The translations under genes were made by a program, and so were the position numbers. From assembly GCA_021802705.1 (NCBI GenBank), contig JAJZRL010000001.1:20379-84378 (forward strand): a stretch of DNA of 64,000 nucleotides, written 5' to 3'. Shown here piece by piece: positions 8,428 through 18,215 of this stretch. The stretch is from a bacterium. GTDB lineage: Bacteria > Patescibacteriota > Minisyncoccia > Phycocordibacterales > Phycocordibacteraceae. Positions within the stretch are counted from its first letter, which is position 1; every line of letters begins with the position of its first letter. The notes beneath the pieces are model-generated. The model made no database searches and had not been told where the DNA came from. It was given only the letters and a program-made list of their open reading frames with translations.

Positions 8428-9654
8428 TCACCTTGCACGGAGCTCTTTCGAACGTGCCGCGCGATGTTTTGCAAGCGCGAAACGATGAGCTTCGGCATTC
8501 GCGAGAACGATATCGGTTTCGGAAACGGAAATGCTGGCAGCACGGACGCCGAGAATTTCACGCGGGCGATGCCGTTCATCCTTCACTACTGTTATGACAG
8601 GGATAGAAAGGCCCGCCGCCGCGAGCGCTTCTTCCGCCGTCTTCTTCTGGACTCTGCCGCCATCGACGACGATAACGTCAGGCAACGGCCACTCAGGATG
8701 TCCGAGTCGGCGCGAAAGGATTTCCCTGAGAGAACCGATGTCGTCGTCCTTCTTGAGTCCGCGGATGCGGAACGTGCGATACGCTTTCTTCACGGGCATA
8801 CCCGCTTCGACGACGACCATGACGCCGATTGCGTTGGTTCCGGCAAGATGGGCTGTGTCATAGGCCTCGATACGCATTTCTCCCGTCTCCTCGCGGTCTT
8901 CTTTGATAAGCGAAACGTCCTGCACATGATCGAGAGCATAGAGCTCGCGACGAAGCTCGGCCGCATCTTCGAAACGTTCTTCCTTCGCCGCCTGCCTCAT
9001 CTGTTTTTCGAGTGACTTGCGCAATTCGGTCGTGCGGCCGGCAAGGAAGAGCGCGATGTGCCGGATCGCTCGCCGGTATGCCTTCGCGTCGAGCGCGCGG
9101 GGATATTGCCCGATCTGCCGGTTAAACTCGACCTTCGCGAGCGCATGCTTGCTCTTTGTCATAACCGGCTTTGGCGTATCGTAGAAAGGGAAAATCTTAC
9201 GGATGAGCCGGAGCGCGTCGCGGAGCTGCGATCCGGATGGAAACGGCCCGAATATCTTCACGATTGGAAAGTCAGACTTTCCAGAATCAAGGTCTTTGCC
9301 GCGCATAGTGAGCACGCGCGGCCACTCCTCTTTCGTGATGACCGCATAAAGGAAAGTCTTGTCATCCTTCCCTTCCACGTTCGCCTTCGGCTGATATTTC
9401 TTGATAAGCGCCGCTTCACGCACCAAAGCTTCGAGCACGGTCAGCGTCGGCTCGAACGCGACCGTTCCGGCTTTCGTCACCATGTCGACAATACGCGGAC
9501 CTCGGGTCACGATGAGGTCGTCATCAAAATAGCTTCTCACGCGGTCGCGAAGCGATGTCGCTTTGCCGACATAGAGCACCGTCCGGCCTTTCTTGAAAAG
9601 ATACACGCCCGGTGTGTCGGGCAGATCGAGCTTATGAAGGTCGCTTCTTTGCAT
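8428..9654 (-). CDS. uvrC: Excinuclease ABC subunit C, short form (GIY-YIG + endonuclease; lacks C-terminal HhH)
   Basis: [49 protein letters not shown] motif. Start placed at the internal Met (9654), which overlaps the uvrA stop by about 23 nt. Confidence 0.75.
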   Translation of the reverse strand: MQRSDLHKLDLPDTPGVYLFKKGRTVLYVGKATSLRDRVRSYFDDDLIVTRGPRIVDMVTKAGTVAFEPTLTVLEALVREAALIKKYQPKANVEGKDDKTFLYAVITKEEWPRVLTMRGKDLDSGKSDFPIVKIFGPFPSGSQLRDALRLIRKIFPFYDTPKPVMTKSKHALAKVEFNRQIGQYPRALDAKAYRRAIRHIALFLAGRTTELRKSLEKQMRQAAKEERFEDAAELRRELYALDHVQDVSLIKEDREETGEMRIEAYDTAHLAGTNAIGVMVVVEAGMPVKKAYRTFRIRGLKKDDDIGSLREILSRRLGHPEWPLPDVIVVDGGRVQKKTAEEALAAAGLSIPVITVVKDERHRPREILGVRAASISVSETDIVLANAEAHRFALAKHRAARSKELRAR

Positions 9655-12289
9655 GGCGGTGCTTAAGCGTTCTCGAAAGGTAAACGCCGGTGTGAGAGTT
9701 GTCAGTCGCGGCGACTTCTTCAGGAGTACCTTTGGCGATAACCTTACCGCCGCCTTCACCGCCTTCGGGACCGAAATCAATGAGATGATCAGCGCTCTTG
9801 ATGACGTCAAGGTTGTGTTCGATGACGACGACCGTGTTGCCGCGCGCAACGAGCTCCTGGAGGATCTCGATAAGCTTCTTCACGTCGTCGTAATGGAGTC
9901 CGACGGTAGGCTCGTCGAGGAGGTAGAGCGTCTTCATCGTTGTCGGACGGTAAAGTTCCGAGGCGATCTTTATGCGCTGAGCTTCGCCGCCCGATAAGGT
10001 CGTCGCGCTCTGGCCGAGCGTAAGGTATTCGAGTCCGGTGGCGTTCAGCGAGCTCAGCCGTTCCTGGATAGCGGGGATATCTTCGAAGAATCTTTCCGCT
10101 TCCTCGACCGTCATTTCGAGCACGTCGCGGATATTCCTGCCGCGATAAGTCACTTCCAGCGTTTCCTTCATGAAGCGCGTACCGTTGCAGACATCGCAGG
10201 TTACGTAGACCGTCGGCAGGAAGTGCATCTCAACCGCGATAGAGCCGTTGCCCTGACAAGCCTCGCAGCGTCCGCCAGGCACGTTGAACGAGAAACGGCC
10301 GGGCTTCCATCCGCGAGCCCGCGCTTCGCTCGTAGCTGCAAAGAGGTCGCGGATATGCGTAAACGCGCCGGTATACGTAGCGGGATTAGACCGCGGCGTA
10401 CGGCCGATCGGTGACTGATCGATGAGGATCGCGCGCCCGATATACTCGGTACCGGCGAGCGAGGAGACATGCTCGAGCTTGGATTCGCGTTTCGCGAAGC
10501 GCTTGGCGATGTTCTTATGAAGGATGTCGTAAAGGAAGGTTGACTTGCCGGAGCCGGAAACGCCGGTGATGCAGACGAGTTTGCCGAGCGGCAGATCGAT
10601 GTTCTGGTTGACGAGATTATGGAGGGTCGCGCCACGCACTTTTATCCACCCGCGCTCGGCAGTGCGGCGCGTCTCGGGCACCGCTATGCTGTTTTCCTGG
10701 CGCAGGTAGGAGAGCGTGCGAGAGCCGCTCTTATTCTCTTTTGCTTCAAGAAGATCGGAGAGCCAACCCGAAACGACAACCTTGCCGCCATGCGTGCCGG
10801 CGCCGGGCCCGATGTCGACGATGTAGTCAGAGGCATAGATCGTATCCTCGTCATGCTCGACCACGATGATCGTGTTACCGAGGTCTTTGAGCGTAAGGAG
10901 GGTTTTGATAAGCCGGTCGTTGTCGCGCTGATGCAGCCCGACGGTCGGTTCATCGAGCACGTAGAGCGCGCCGGTGAGCCCGCTTCCGAGCTGAGAAGCG
11001 AGACGGATGCGCTGCGCCTCGCCTCCCGAGAGCGTCGCGGCCGATCGGTCGAGCGTGAGATAATCGAGCCCGACGTTCAGCATGAAGGTAAGACGGCTTT
11101 CGATCTCTTTGAGGATCGGTGCTGCTATGTCGAATTTCATGTCGGTAAGCTCGATCGAATCGATAAAATCTTTCGCGTCGCGGATCGACATCGACGTGAA
11201 ATCCACGATGTTCTTGCCAAGTCCCTTGTCTTTGTCGCCTTTCAGGTATACGCGCAGAGCTTCGGGACGCAGGCGTTTGCCTTCGCACGCCGGACACGCT
11301 TCCTCGGAAAAGAGCGTCTTGGTACCGAGCCCGTTACAGGCCGGGCACGCGCCGTAAGGCGAGTTGAATGAAAAGAGGCGCGGTTCGACTTCCGGGAATG
11401 ACGTACCATCGTCCGGACAAATGAATTTTGACGAGAGCGTTTCGACCGTGCTATCGGCGTGACCGATCTTCACGAGACCATCCGCTTCCTTAAGCGCGAG
11501 CTCGAGCGCTTCGGAGAGACGCTCGCGCGCCGTTGCGGCCGAACGTGTGAACTCGGAGACATAGATGCTGTCGACAATCGCATCGATGCTGTGGCGCTTG
11601 TTGCGGTCGAGAACGATCTTCTCGCGCAGGTTGTGCGGTGCGCCGTCAATCACCACCTTCTCGAAACCTTTGCCGAGGAGATCGTAAAGAAGCTGATAGT
11701 ATTCGCCCTTGCGCCCGACGACCACCGGTGCGTAAATGACGACCGCTCTCTTGTCGACGGCCACGCCGAGCACTTCGCCGGCTCCTTTCGGCTTATCCTG
11801 TCTTGCCTCGATGTGCGAGAAAACGAGTTTTATCATCTCCTCCTTCGAGAGACGCGAGATGTGCACGTCGTGATGGATGCAGTAGGGCTGGCCCGCACGG
11901 GCATACAAAACGCGCAGGTAGTCGTAAATCTCGGTGACGGTCGCCACGGTCGAACGCGGATTGTTGGAACGGCTTTTCTGGTCTATGGAAATGGCCGGCG
12001 AGAGGCCCGTGATCTCATCGACGTCGGGTTTCGCCATCTGATTCAGGAACTGGCGCGCATACGCGGAAAGCGACTCGACATACCGCCGCTGCCCTTCGGC
12101 GAAAATCGTATCGAAAGCGAGCGAAGACTTGCCCGAACCGGAGAGGCCGGTGATAACCGTCATCGCCCCGCGCGGCATCTCGACATCGATATCCTTCAGA
12201 TTATGCGTGCGCGCGCCCTTCACGCGGATCCAGTCGCTCCCGTGTCTGTGCGTATGTTCCTCTTTTTCTTTTGCGGTCTTTTTCGGCAT
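9632..12289 (-). CDS. uvrA: Excinuclease ABC subunit A
   Basis: Two ABC ATPase modules ([12 protein letters not shown]..., [11 protein letters not shown]...). Zinc-finger Cys clusters. LSGGEAQR signature twice. Start at internal Met 12289 ([10 protein letters not shown]...). Confidence 0.9.
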   Translation of the reverse strand: MPKKTAKEKEEHTHRHGSDWIRVKGARTHNLKDIDVEMPRGAMTVITGLSGSGKSSLAFDTIFAEGQRRYVESLSAYARQFLNQMAKPDVDEITGLSPAISIDQKSRSNNPRSTVATVTEIYDYLRVLYARAGQPYCIHHDVHISRLSKEEMIKLVFSHIEARQDKPKGAGEVLGVAVDKRAVVIYAPVVVGRKGEYYQLLYDLLGKGFEKVVIDGAPHNLREKIVLDRNKRHSIDAIVDSIYVSEFTRSAATARERLSEALELALKEADGLVKIGHADSTVETLSSKFICPDDGTSFPEVEPRLFSFNSPYGACPACNGLGTKTLFSEEACPACEGKRLRPEALRVYLKGDKDKGLGKNIVDFTSMSIRDAKDFIDSIELTDMKFDIAAPILKEIESRLTFMLNVGLDYLTLDRSAATLSGGEAQRIRLASQLGSGLTGALYVLDEPTVGLHQRDNDRLIKTLLTLKDLGNTIIVVEHDEDTIYASDYIVDIGPGAGTHGGKVVVSGWLSDLLEAKENKSGSRTLSYLRQENSIAVPETRRTAERGWIKVRGATLHNLVNQNIDLPLGKLVCITGVSGSGKSTFLYDILHKNIAKRFAKRESKLEHVSSLAGTEYIGRAILIDQSPIGRTPRSNPATYTGAFTHIRDLFAATSEARARGWKPGRFSFNVPGGRCEACQGNGSIAVEMHFLPTVYVTCDVCNGTRFMKETLEVTYRGRNIRDVLEMTVEEAERFFEDIPAIQERLSSLNATGLEYLTLGQSATTLSGGEAQRIKIASELYRPTTMKTLYLLDEPTVGLHYDDVKKLIEILQELVARGNTVVVIEHNLDVIKSADHLIDFGPEGGEGGGKVIAKGTPEEVAATDNSHTGVYLSRTLKHRHAKKRPS

Positions 12290-12529
12290 GCCTAAATCCT
12301 GCCCGTGGCGGGACAGGTACGATGTGACTATACCACGAAAACTCCCCTGCACAGAAACCTCCCGACCCCGATGACTCGACGCCGGAATATGCCCGCGTTC
12401 TTTATTCGTGCAGAGCGTATAGCCACGAAATATTGACAATGATTTAGTCCCTGTTTATATATAGCTAGCTGTTCGGTTCCGCTGCCCTTCTGGACCGCGG
12501 TTGATCCTTGAACTTTTGGGAGAGATCTC

Positions 12530-13258
12530 ATGAATACCGTTAGTCTCATTATCGCAGCATGGGTTGGACTCGGGACGCTCGGCATCTGGTTCCTCGTCTG
12601 TCTCTTCACCGTCGCGAATCTGCACTATCGCGACGAAAAGACGTGGCATGCACGGTTCATCCTTATGCCGAGAAACCTGATTGCTCAGGCCACTTCGGCA
12701 TCATCGACACCCAAGCTGCCGAGAGACAAGTGCTCCTATTTCCGGAGTATGTTTCTTTGGACGTTTGTCAGATGGATCCTTTTGGCCGTGATAATAACCG
12801 CCATCTTGGGCCTATACGCCATTACGACTAGCTTTAAGCTGATCAGAGACTGGATCGTCTATCCTGTCTTCACTGGCAAATACGTACTGCTCTTTCACGA
12901 GCTCGGGGACCGGAATGCTGATCCTCTTCCATGGAAGACAGCGGTTGGGGCATACCTGTCGACCGGATTCGGATTGTCAGAGGAAAGGTATGCTATCGAT
13001 GGCAAGATCCCGTTTACCCGGACTCCTCCCGTCGTATGGATATCCTTGTCGGCATTGCTGTACGAGACCGTCATACATTGGCGCGATGTGTCTCAGAGCG
13101 TTTTCGGGATAATTCCTCAGGCGCTATCCGTCATTGCTGTCTTTACCCTGATCTTTCTCGTCGTGAAAAACAAGCAGAAAATCGGAGCGACTATCGAGCG
13201 AGCACGCCACAGGGTTTGCTGGGAACTTCCCGACCCTCCTAGGGAGACGATCGAATAA
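12530..13258 (+). CDS. Hypothetical multi-pass membrane protein (242 aa)
   Basis: Several hydrophobic helices. Sole plus-strand gene in a divergent position between uvrA and uvrB. Looks less GC-rich than neighbours. Confidence 0.4.
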   Translation: MNTVSLIIAAWVGLGTLGIWFLVCLFTVANLHYRDEKTWHARFILMPRNLIAQATSASSTPKLPRDKCSYFRSMFLWTFVRWILLAVIITAILGLYAITTSFKLIRDWIVYPVFTGKYVLLFHELGDRNADPLPWKTAVGAYLSTGFGLSEERYAIDGKIPFTRTPPVVWISLSALLYETVIHWRDVSQSVFGIIPQALSVIAVFTLIFLVVKNKQKIGATIERARHRVCWELPDPPRETIE

Positions 13259-13297
13259 TTCCCCTTCTTATCGAGGCCTACATTGCGTAGGCCTTGT

Positions 13298-15340
13298 TTA
13301 TTTTCCTGATGGCGACCTTTTAGCCTGCTTCCTCCTTTTCGGCTCGGTACCCTCGAGCCGATAGATCTCATCGCGGATGAGCGCGGCTGTCTCAAAATCG
13401 AGACGTTCTACGGCCTCAGCCATCTCCTCGCGTTTTCTCTTGATGAGCGTTTTCGGGTTCTTCCTGTAAGCAAGTTCGTCGAGCGCTATGAGCTCGTCCA
13501 CGGTCTTCTGGTGCTCGCTCCGCATCGTCTCGGCGATATCTTTGATTTCTTTCTTGATCGTCTCCGGCGTGATGCCGTGCTCCCTGTTATACGCAAGTTG
13601 CAGTTCGCGGCGACGGTTGGTCTCGCCGATAGCCCTTTCCAGTGAGCCGGTCATAACGTCGGCATAGAGAATGACGCGGCCCTGAACGTTCCGGGCCGCC
13701 CGCCCGATGGTCTGAATGAGCGAGGTTTCGGAGCGCAAGAAGCCTTCCTTGTCGGCGTCGAGGATGCCTACGAGCTCGACTTCGGGCAAGTCGAGCCCTT
13801 CACGCAAAAGGTTCACGCCAACGAGGACGTCGAACTCGCCTCTGCGGAACTTCGTAAGGATCTCGATACGGTCGATCGTTTTCACATCGGAGTGGAGGTA
13901 CTCGGCCTTGACGCCCTTGTCACGCAGAAAGATCGAGAGGTCTTCAGCCATCTGCTTGGTGAGAGTCGTCGCGAGCACGCGGCCACCTCTCTTGATGACG
14001 CGTTCGGCCTCGGCGATGAAGTCTGCGACCTGGCCCGGATACTCCTTCGCCTCGATAACGCCCTTAACCGCGAGCTCCGGATCGACGAGCCCCGTCGGAC
14101 GGATGATCTGCTCGACTATCTGCTTGGAATGGTCGCGCTCATACGAACCCGGCGTGGCGCTCGTGCAGATGACCTGTCCCACGCGCTCCTCGAACTCTTC
14201 GCCGGTGAGCGGGCGGTTGTCGCGGGCCGACGGAAGGCGGAAACCGTATTCGACAAGATTATCCTTACGCGAACGATCGCCCGCGTACATGCCCGCGATC
14301 TGCGGCACCGTAACGTGCGATTCGTCGATTATCGTGAGGAAATCCTTATCGCATCGCTTGAAGTAGTCGAGGAGCGTGTACGGCGCATCGCCGGCTTTAC
14401 GGCCGTCGAAATGGCGCGAGTAGTTCTCGATACCGTTCACGTAACCGATCTCGCGAATCATCGCGATGTCATGGAGCGTACGGCGTTTCAGGCGTTCGGC
14501 TTCGAGCGGCTTGGATTCCCTTTTGAATTTCGCGAGCTGCTCGTCGAGCTCGACCTTGATATCCGCGAGCGCCCGTTCGCGTTCCTCCTCGTTCGTTACG
14601 AAATGTTTGGCCGGAAAGACAAAGACGCTCTCGGGTTCGCCGACATTCGCGCGCGAGATCGGATCAAGCTGGTCGATGCGCGCGATCCTGTCCTCGTCAA
14701 AGGCAACGCGATACACGATGCGCTCGTTAACCGGCATCACCTCGAGCGCGTTCCCGACCGCGCGCACCTTCCCCGGCTCAAGATCGGCACTCGTGCGCTC
14801 GAAATAGATAGTTACGAGTTTGCGGATGAGCGAAGCACGGTCCTCTTTGGCGCCTTTTTCGATCCTCACGTGCACCTTCTCGTACTCCTCGGGCGAACCG
14901 AGGCCGTAAATGGCGGAGACCGAAGCGACGATGATAACGTCTTTGCGCGTGAGGAGCGCCTGGGTCGCGGCGTGGCGCAGACGATCGATCTCGGCGTTGA
15001 TCATCGCCTCCTTCTCGATGTAGGTGTCGGAGTGCGCGATATACGCTTCCGGCTGGTAGTAGTCATAATAGGAAACGAAATAGTGCACCGCATTCTTCGG
15101 GAAGAATTCGCGATATTCCTGCGCAAGCTGTGCGGCCAGCGTCTTGTTGTGCGCAAGGACGATAGCGGGTTTCCCGTACGAGGCGATGACATTGGCTATC
15201 GTAAAAGTCTTGCCGGTGCCGGTTGCGCCGAAAAGCGTCTGGTGGCGCATCCCCTGCTCAAGCCCTTTTTCAAGCGCTTTGATGGCTTGCGGTTGGTCGC
15301 CTGATGGCGGCCACGGGGTATGTAACATGAAATCAGCCAT
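13298..15340 (-). CDS. uvrB: Excinuclease ABC subunit B
   Basis: Helicase motifs [13 protein letters not shown]. UvrB beta-hairpin region. C-terminal UVR motif RDEIYRLEG. Start taken at [10 protein letters not shown]. Confidence 0.9.
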   Translation of the reverse strand: MADFMLHTPWPPSGDQPQAIKALEKGLEQGMRHQTLFGATGTGKTFTIANVIASYGKPAIVLAHNKTLAAQLAQEYREFFPKNAVHYFVSYYDYYQPEAYIAHSDTYIEKEAMINAEIDRLRHAATQALLTRKDVIIVASVSAIYGLGSPEEYEKVHVRIEKGAKEDRASLIRKLVTIYFERTSADLEPGKVRAVGNALEVMPVNERIVYRVAFDEDRIARIDQLDPISRANVGEPESVFVFPAKHFVTNEEERERALADIKVELDEQLAKFKRESKPLEAERLKRRTLHDIAMIREIGYVNGIENYSRHFDGRKAGDAPYTLLDYFKRCDKDFLTIIDESHVTVPQIAGMYAGDRSRKDNLVEYGFRLPSARDNRPLTGEEFEERVGQVICTSATPGSYERDHSKQIVEQIIRPTGLVDPELAVKGVIEAKEYPGQVADFIAEAERVIKRGGRVLATTLTKQMAEDLSIFLRDKGVKAEYLHSDVKTIDRIEILTKFRRGEFDVLVGVNLLREGLDLPEVELVGILDADKEGFLRSETSLIQTIGRAARNVQGRVILYADVMTGSLERAIGETNRRRELQLAYNREHGITPETIKKEIKDIAETMRSEHQKTVDELIALDELAYRKNPKTLIKRKREEMAEAVERLDFETAALIRDEIYRLEGTEPKRRKQAKRSPSGK

Positions 15341-16553
15341 AGTATTCGCGGATGAAGTCCGCGCGGTATTCGTCAAACCGTCCGTTTAAAATGGCTTCGC
15401 GCGCACCGGCGACGAGCTTCAGGATGAAACCGACATTGTGCATGGAAGCAATGGTAGCGCCAAGAAACTCTTTGGCGCGAATGAGGTGCGCGACATACGC
15501 TCGCGTAAAACCTTCGGTACCCGCGATGACTGTGTCAGGATCGAGCGGTCCGAAATCGTCCTTATACTTCTCGCCCGTGAGGTGGATGATGCCTCGCTTG
15601 GTGTAGAGAGAACCGTGACGGCCGATGCGGGTCGGCGCGACGCAGTCGAAAAGATCCATGCCGTTAGCGATGCCTTCAAGAATATCTCCGGGCTCGCCGA
15701 TGCCGAGGAAATGCCGCGGAAGCTCTTCCGGCAGTTCTTCCACGGCTGCTGAAAGCGCGCCGCGCATGTCTTCTTTTGAAAACGAACCGCCGATGCCGAT
15801 GCCGTCGAAGCCGAGAGAGGCTATCGTGCGCGCGGATTCGCGGCGCAGGTCTTCATGCCGACCGCCCTGCACGATGCCGAAGAGAGCCTGTCGCTCTCGC
15901 GCTCCAAGATTCTGCCGATGAGCGGCGAGTGACCGTTCCGCCCATCGGTGGGTACGCAGCATCGCTTCGCGTTGATAATCATACGGCTCCACAGGCGACG
16001 TGCACTCGTCAAAGGCGAAAAATATGTCGGCGCCGAGAGCGTGCTGTATCTCGACGGAACGTTCCGGCGTAAAGCGATGCAATGATCCGTCGATGTGCGA
16101 CGTGAACGAGACGCCTTCTTCATCGATGACCGCGAGCTGGCCGTGCTGGCTCGCGACGCTTTCATCATAAACCGCGAGCTGGTCCTCCTTCTCTCCGGTC
16201 TCGCCCTTCACGAATTTTGAAAGCGTCTTTCCGAAGGCCGCGCCGAGCGAGAAGACTTGGAAGCCGCCCGAGTCGGTCATCGTAGGTCCTTGCCACCCCA
16301 TAAACGTTCCCAGTCCGCCCGCGTTCCGCACGACCGCCTCTCCCGGCTGGAGATAGAGGTGGTAGGTGTTCGCGAGCACGACGTCGGCGCCAAGTCCTGA
16401 AAGGGTGCTTGGCAGAATACCTTTCACATCCGCCTTCGTGCCGACCGGCACGAAGGCGGGCGTGCGGATGACGCCGTGCGAGGTCGCGAGAGCGCCGGCG
16501 CGCGCGCCGGCGTGCGGCGCGCGCGCCTCTATGGCAAAAGAGAAGGCACTCAT
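15333..16553 (-). CDS. tgt: Queuine tRNA-ribosyltransferase
   Basis: TPAFVPVGTKADVKG, TYHLYLQPGE and C-terminal Zn-site pattern of Tgt. The stop overlaps the uvrB start by 8 nt. Confidence 0.9.
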   Translation of the reverse strand: MSAFSFAIEARAPHAGARAGALATSHGVIRTPAFVPVGTKADVKGILPSTLSGLGADVVLANTYHLYLQPGEAVVRNAGGLGTFMGWQGPTMTDSGGFQVFSLGAAFGKTLSKFVKGETGEKEDQLAVYDESVASQHGQLAVIDEEGVSFTSHIDGSLHRFTPERSVEIQHALGADIFFAFDECTSPVEPYDYQREAMLRTHRWAERSLAAHRQNLGARERQALFGIVQGGRHEDLRRESARTIASLGFDGIGIGGSFSKEDMRGALSAAVEELPEELPRHFLGIGEPGDILEGIANGMDLFDCVAPTRIGRHGSLYTKRGIIHLTGEKYKDDFGPLDPDTVIAGTEGFTRAYVAHLIRAKEFLGATIASMHNVGFILKLVAGAREAILNGRFDEYRADFIREYYG

Positions 16554-16637
16554 CCCTACACCGTAACAAAAATAAAAGAACCGTGCAGCACTCGTCGAAA
16601 GGACGATGCTGCACGGACCTTGAAAGACCTTTGATGA

Positions 16638-17255
16638 CTATCGCGAAACCGGCTTGGCTGCCGGCCGGTCGAGAAGCGCAGGCGGTATCGAATCCCCCGC
16701 TGCTTTCCCGGCATAGACGACGACGACATGCGTGCCGCGGAAATCCGGATCGATCCGGACTATGTCTTCCCAGAAATCGCGCGTACACGTTCCCTTCGCC
16801 GATGCCATGGCGTAGCTTCCGGTTATAAGACCGTTCACGGCGCCGGGCAAGACGTATGCGATACCGCCGTAGAGAGCGTACGCAGATTCGCTTGCGCCCG
16901 CGAATGCCGCTTTCGCGGCGGGGCCGACACCTAATCCGGCAAGACCGTACGGTACGGCGCCGTTTAAGCCGGATTGCCCGGAACCGGCGAGTTGGGCATC
17001 GATTTGCCGCTGGCACGAGATGGAATATTCTTGTATTTTTTGCAACGCTTTCGGCGAAATCTTCCCCCCGTTGAAATCCGGGTTCTGCACGATGGCGATC
17101 TGCGCCATCGCAGCGGGAGAATAGCCGCCGTGCTCTACCACCTTCATGTCATGCGGGGACGCCGATACGTACCCGTTAAACGACGACGTTGCGCACGCCC
17201 CGAGCAAAAGCGGGGCACCGGCGAGGACGCACCCTCGCACAACTGACTTCAACAT
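16638..17255 (-). CDS. Predicted lipoprotein with Gly-rich (glycine-zipper-like) segment
   Basis: Signal peptide + lipobox LLLGAC. GGAGAGGAGAG SD is 6 nt before ATG 17255. Gly/Ala-rich AVPYGLAGLGVGPAAKAAFAG. Confidence 0.4.
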   Translation of the reverse strand: MLKSVVRGCVLAGAPLLLGACATSSFNGYVSASPHDMKVVEHGGYSPAAMAQIAIVQNPDFNGGKISPKALQKIQEYSISCQRQIDAQLAGSGQSGLNGAVPYGLAGLGVGPAAKAAFAGASESAYALYGGIAYVLPGAVNGLITGSYAMASAKGTCTRDFWEDIVRIDPDFRGTHVVVVYAGKAAGDSIPPALLDRPAAKPVSR

Positions 17256-17362
17256 GATGATCTCTCCTCTCCAAGACACCCGACAAACCTTCGGGCAAGG
17301 CGTAACAAAGACCGCTCCTACCGAGTAGTCCTATAACACGAGACGGACGAAATAGCAATCCG

Positions 17363-17875
17363 TTACTGCGCCGGCTTCTGCACCTTCAAGAGCTCGACTT
17401 CAAATATAAGCGTCGAGTTTGCCGGAATGACGTTCCCGATAGCCTGATCGCCATACGCAAGAGGGGCGGGGATGACGAGCTTGCGCTTACCCCCGACTCT
17501 CATCCCGACGATACCTTCATCCCACCCTTTTATCACTTGTCCCGCTCCGAGCGTAAAGGTGAATCCTTGCGAGCCATGATTGGCGGATGCGTCAAAAACG
17601 GTGCCGTTGGCCAATGACCCGACATAGTTGACCGTAACCGAATCCCCCGGCTCGGCGACTGCGCCTGTTCCGACGGATTCATCGGTGATCTGTAGCTGGT
17701 TCGTAGTATCGTTTGGCATGGTTGTAGAGGCGGTTTGATTGATAGTGGTTGCTTCAGCCGTTTGCCCGTTTGACGGAGCAGCCGGCTGGAACGGCGAGAA
17801 TCCGGGAAGGATGAAAAATATGATGACGACAACGAGCGCGAGCGTAACAGCGATTCCTGTTGGTGTTGGTTTCAT
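17363..17875 (-). CDS. FKBP-type peptidyl-prolyl cis-trans isomerase, membrane anchored
   Basis: C-terminal GDSVTVNYVGSLANGTVFDAS...GAGQVIKGWDEGIVGMRVGGKRKLVIP...LIFEVELL FKBP domain. N-terminal TM. Confidence 0.8.
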   Translation of the reverse strand: MKPTPTGIAVTLALVVVIIFFILPGFSPFQPAAPSNGQTAEATTINQTASTTMPNDTTNQLQITDESVGTGAVAEPGDSVTVNYVGSLANGTVFDASANHGSQGFTFTLGAGQVIKGWDEGIVGMRVGGKRKLVIPAPLAYGDQAIGNVIPANSTLIFEVELLKVQKPAQ

Positions 17876-17890
17876 ATGGTGGAAAGTATA

Positions 17891-18199
17891 CTATGCGGCC
17901 TGGAATTTCTTAAAGCGTTGCACTTCTTCCGTAACAGCGCGTTTTACCAGCTCATCATGATCAGGGACTTCCCGATCAAGGAACGTCTTGAGCGCCACGA
18001 TATCTCCCGCTTCTGAGAGCTTTGAGAATTCAGCGCGCAGCTCTTCCGAAAGTCTCGAGAGTACGGATATCGTCGCTGCCTTGAGCGCAACTTCGCCGAA
18101 TTGCGCGATGAGCATACGCTGTTCCTCTTGCGGGCGGTCTGCGATACCGAGATCCTGAGCAATGCGAGCGGCTGCGTCATCGGGCATAGTCTGTATCAT
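17891..18199 (-). CDS. Hypothetical small protein (102 aa)
   Basis: ORF tightly spaced (15-16 nt) between the 802-aa protein and FKBP gene, suggesting co-transcription. Confidence 0.3.
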   Translation of the reverse strand: MIQTMPDDAAARIAQDLGIADRPQEEQRMLIAQFGEVALKAATISVLSRLSEELRAEFSKLSEAGDIVALKTFLDREVPDHDELVKRAVTEEVQRFKKFQAA

Positions 18200-18215
18200 A
18201 GCACGGGCCGTAAAG

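Noticed and set aside
10619-12295. Plus-strand ORFs 10619..11371 and 11459..12295
   Set aside because: Antisense to uvrA.
13892-15304. 470-aa plus-strand ORF (and 13716..14366, 14466..14807)
   Set aside because: Antisense to uvrB, whose helicase/UvrB motifs are unambiguous on the minus strand. Typical high-GC shadow ORF.
16165-17016. 283-aa Arg-rich minus-strand ORF
   Set aside because: Out-of-frame overlap with tgt and lipoprotein genes. Composition-driven (CGN-rich) artefact.
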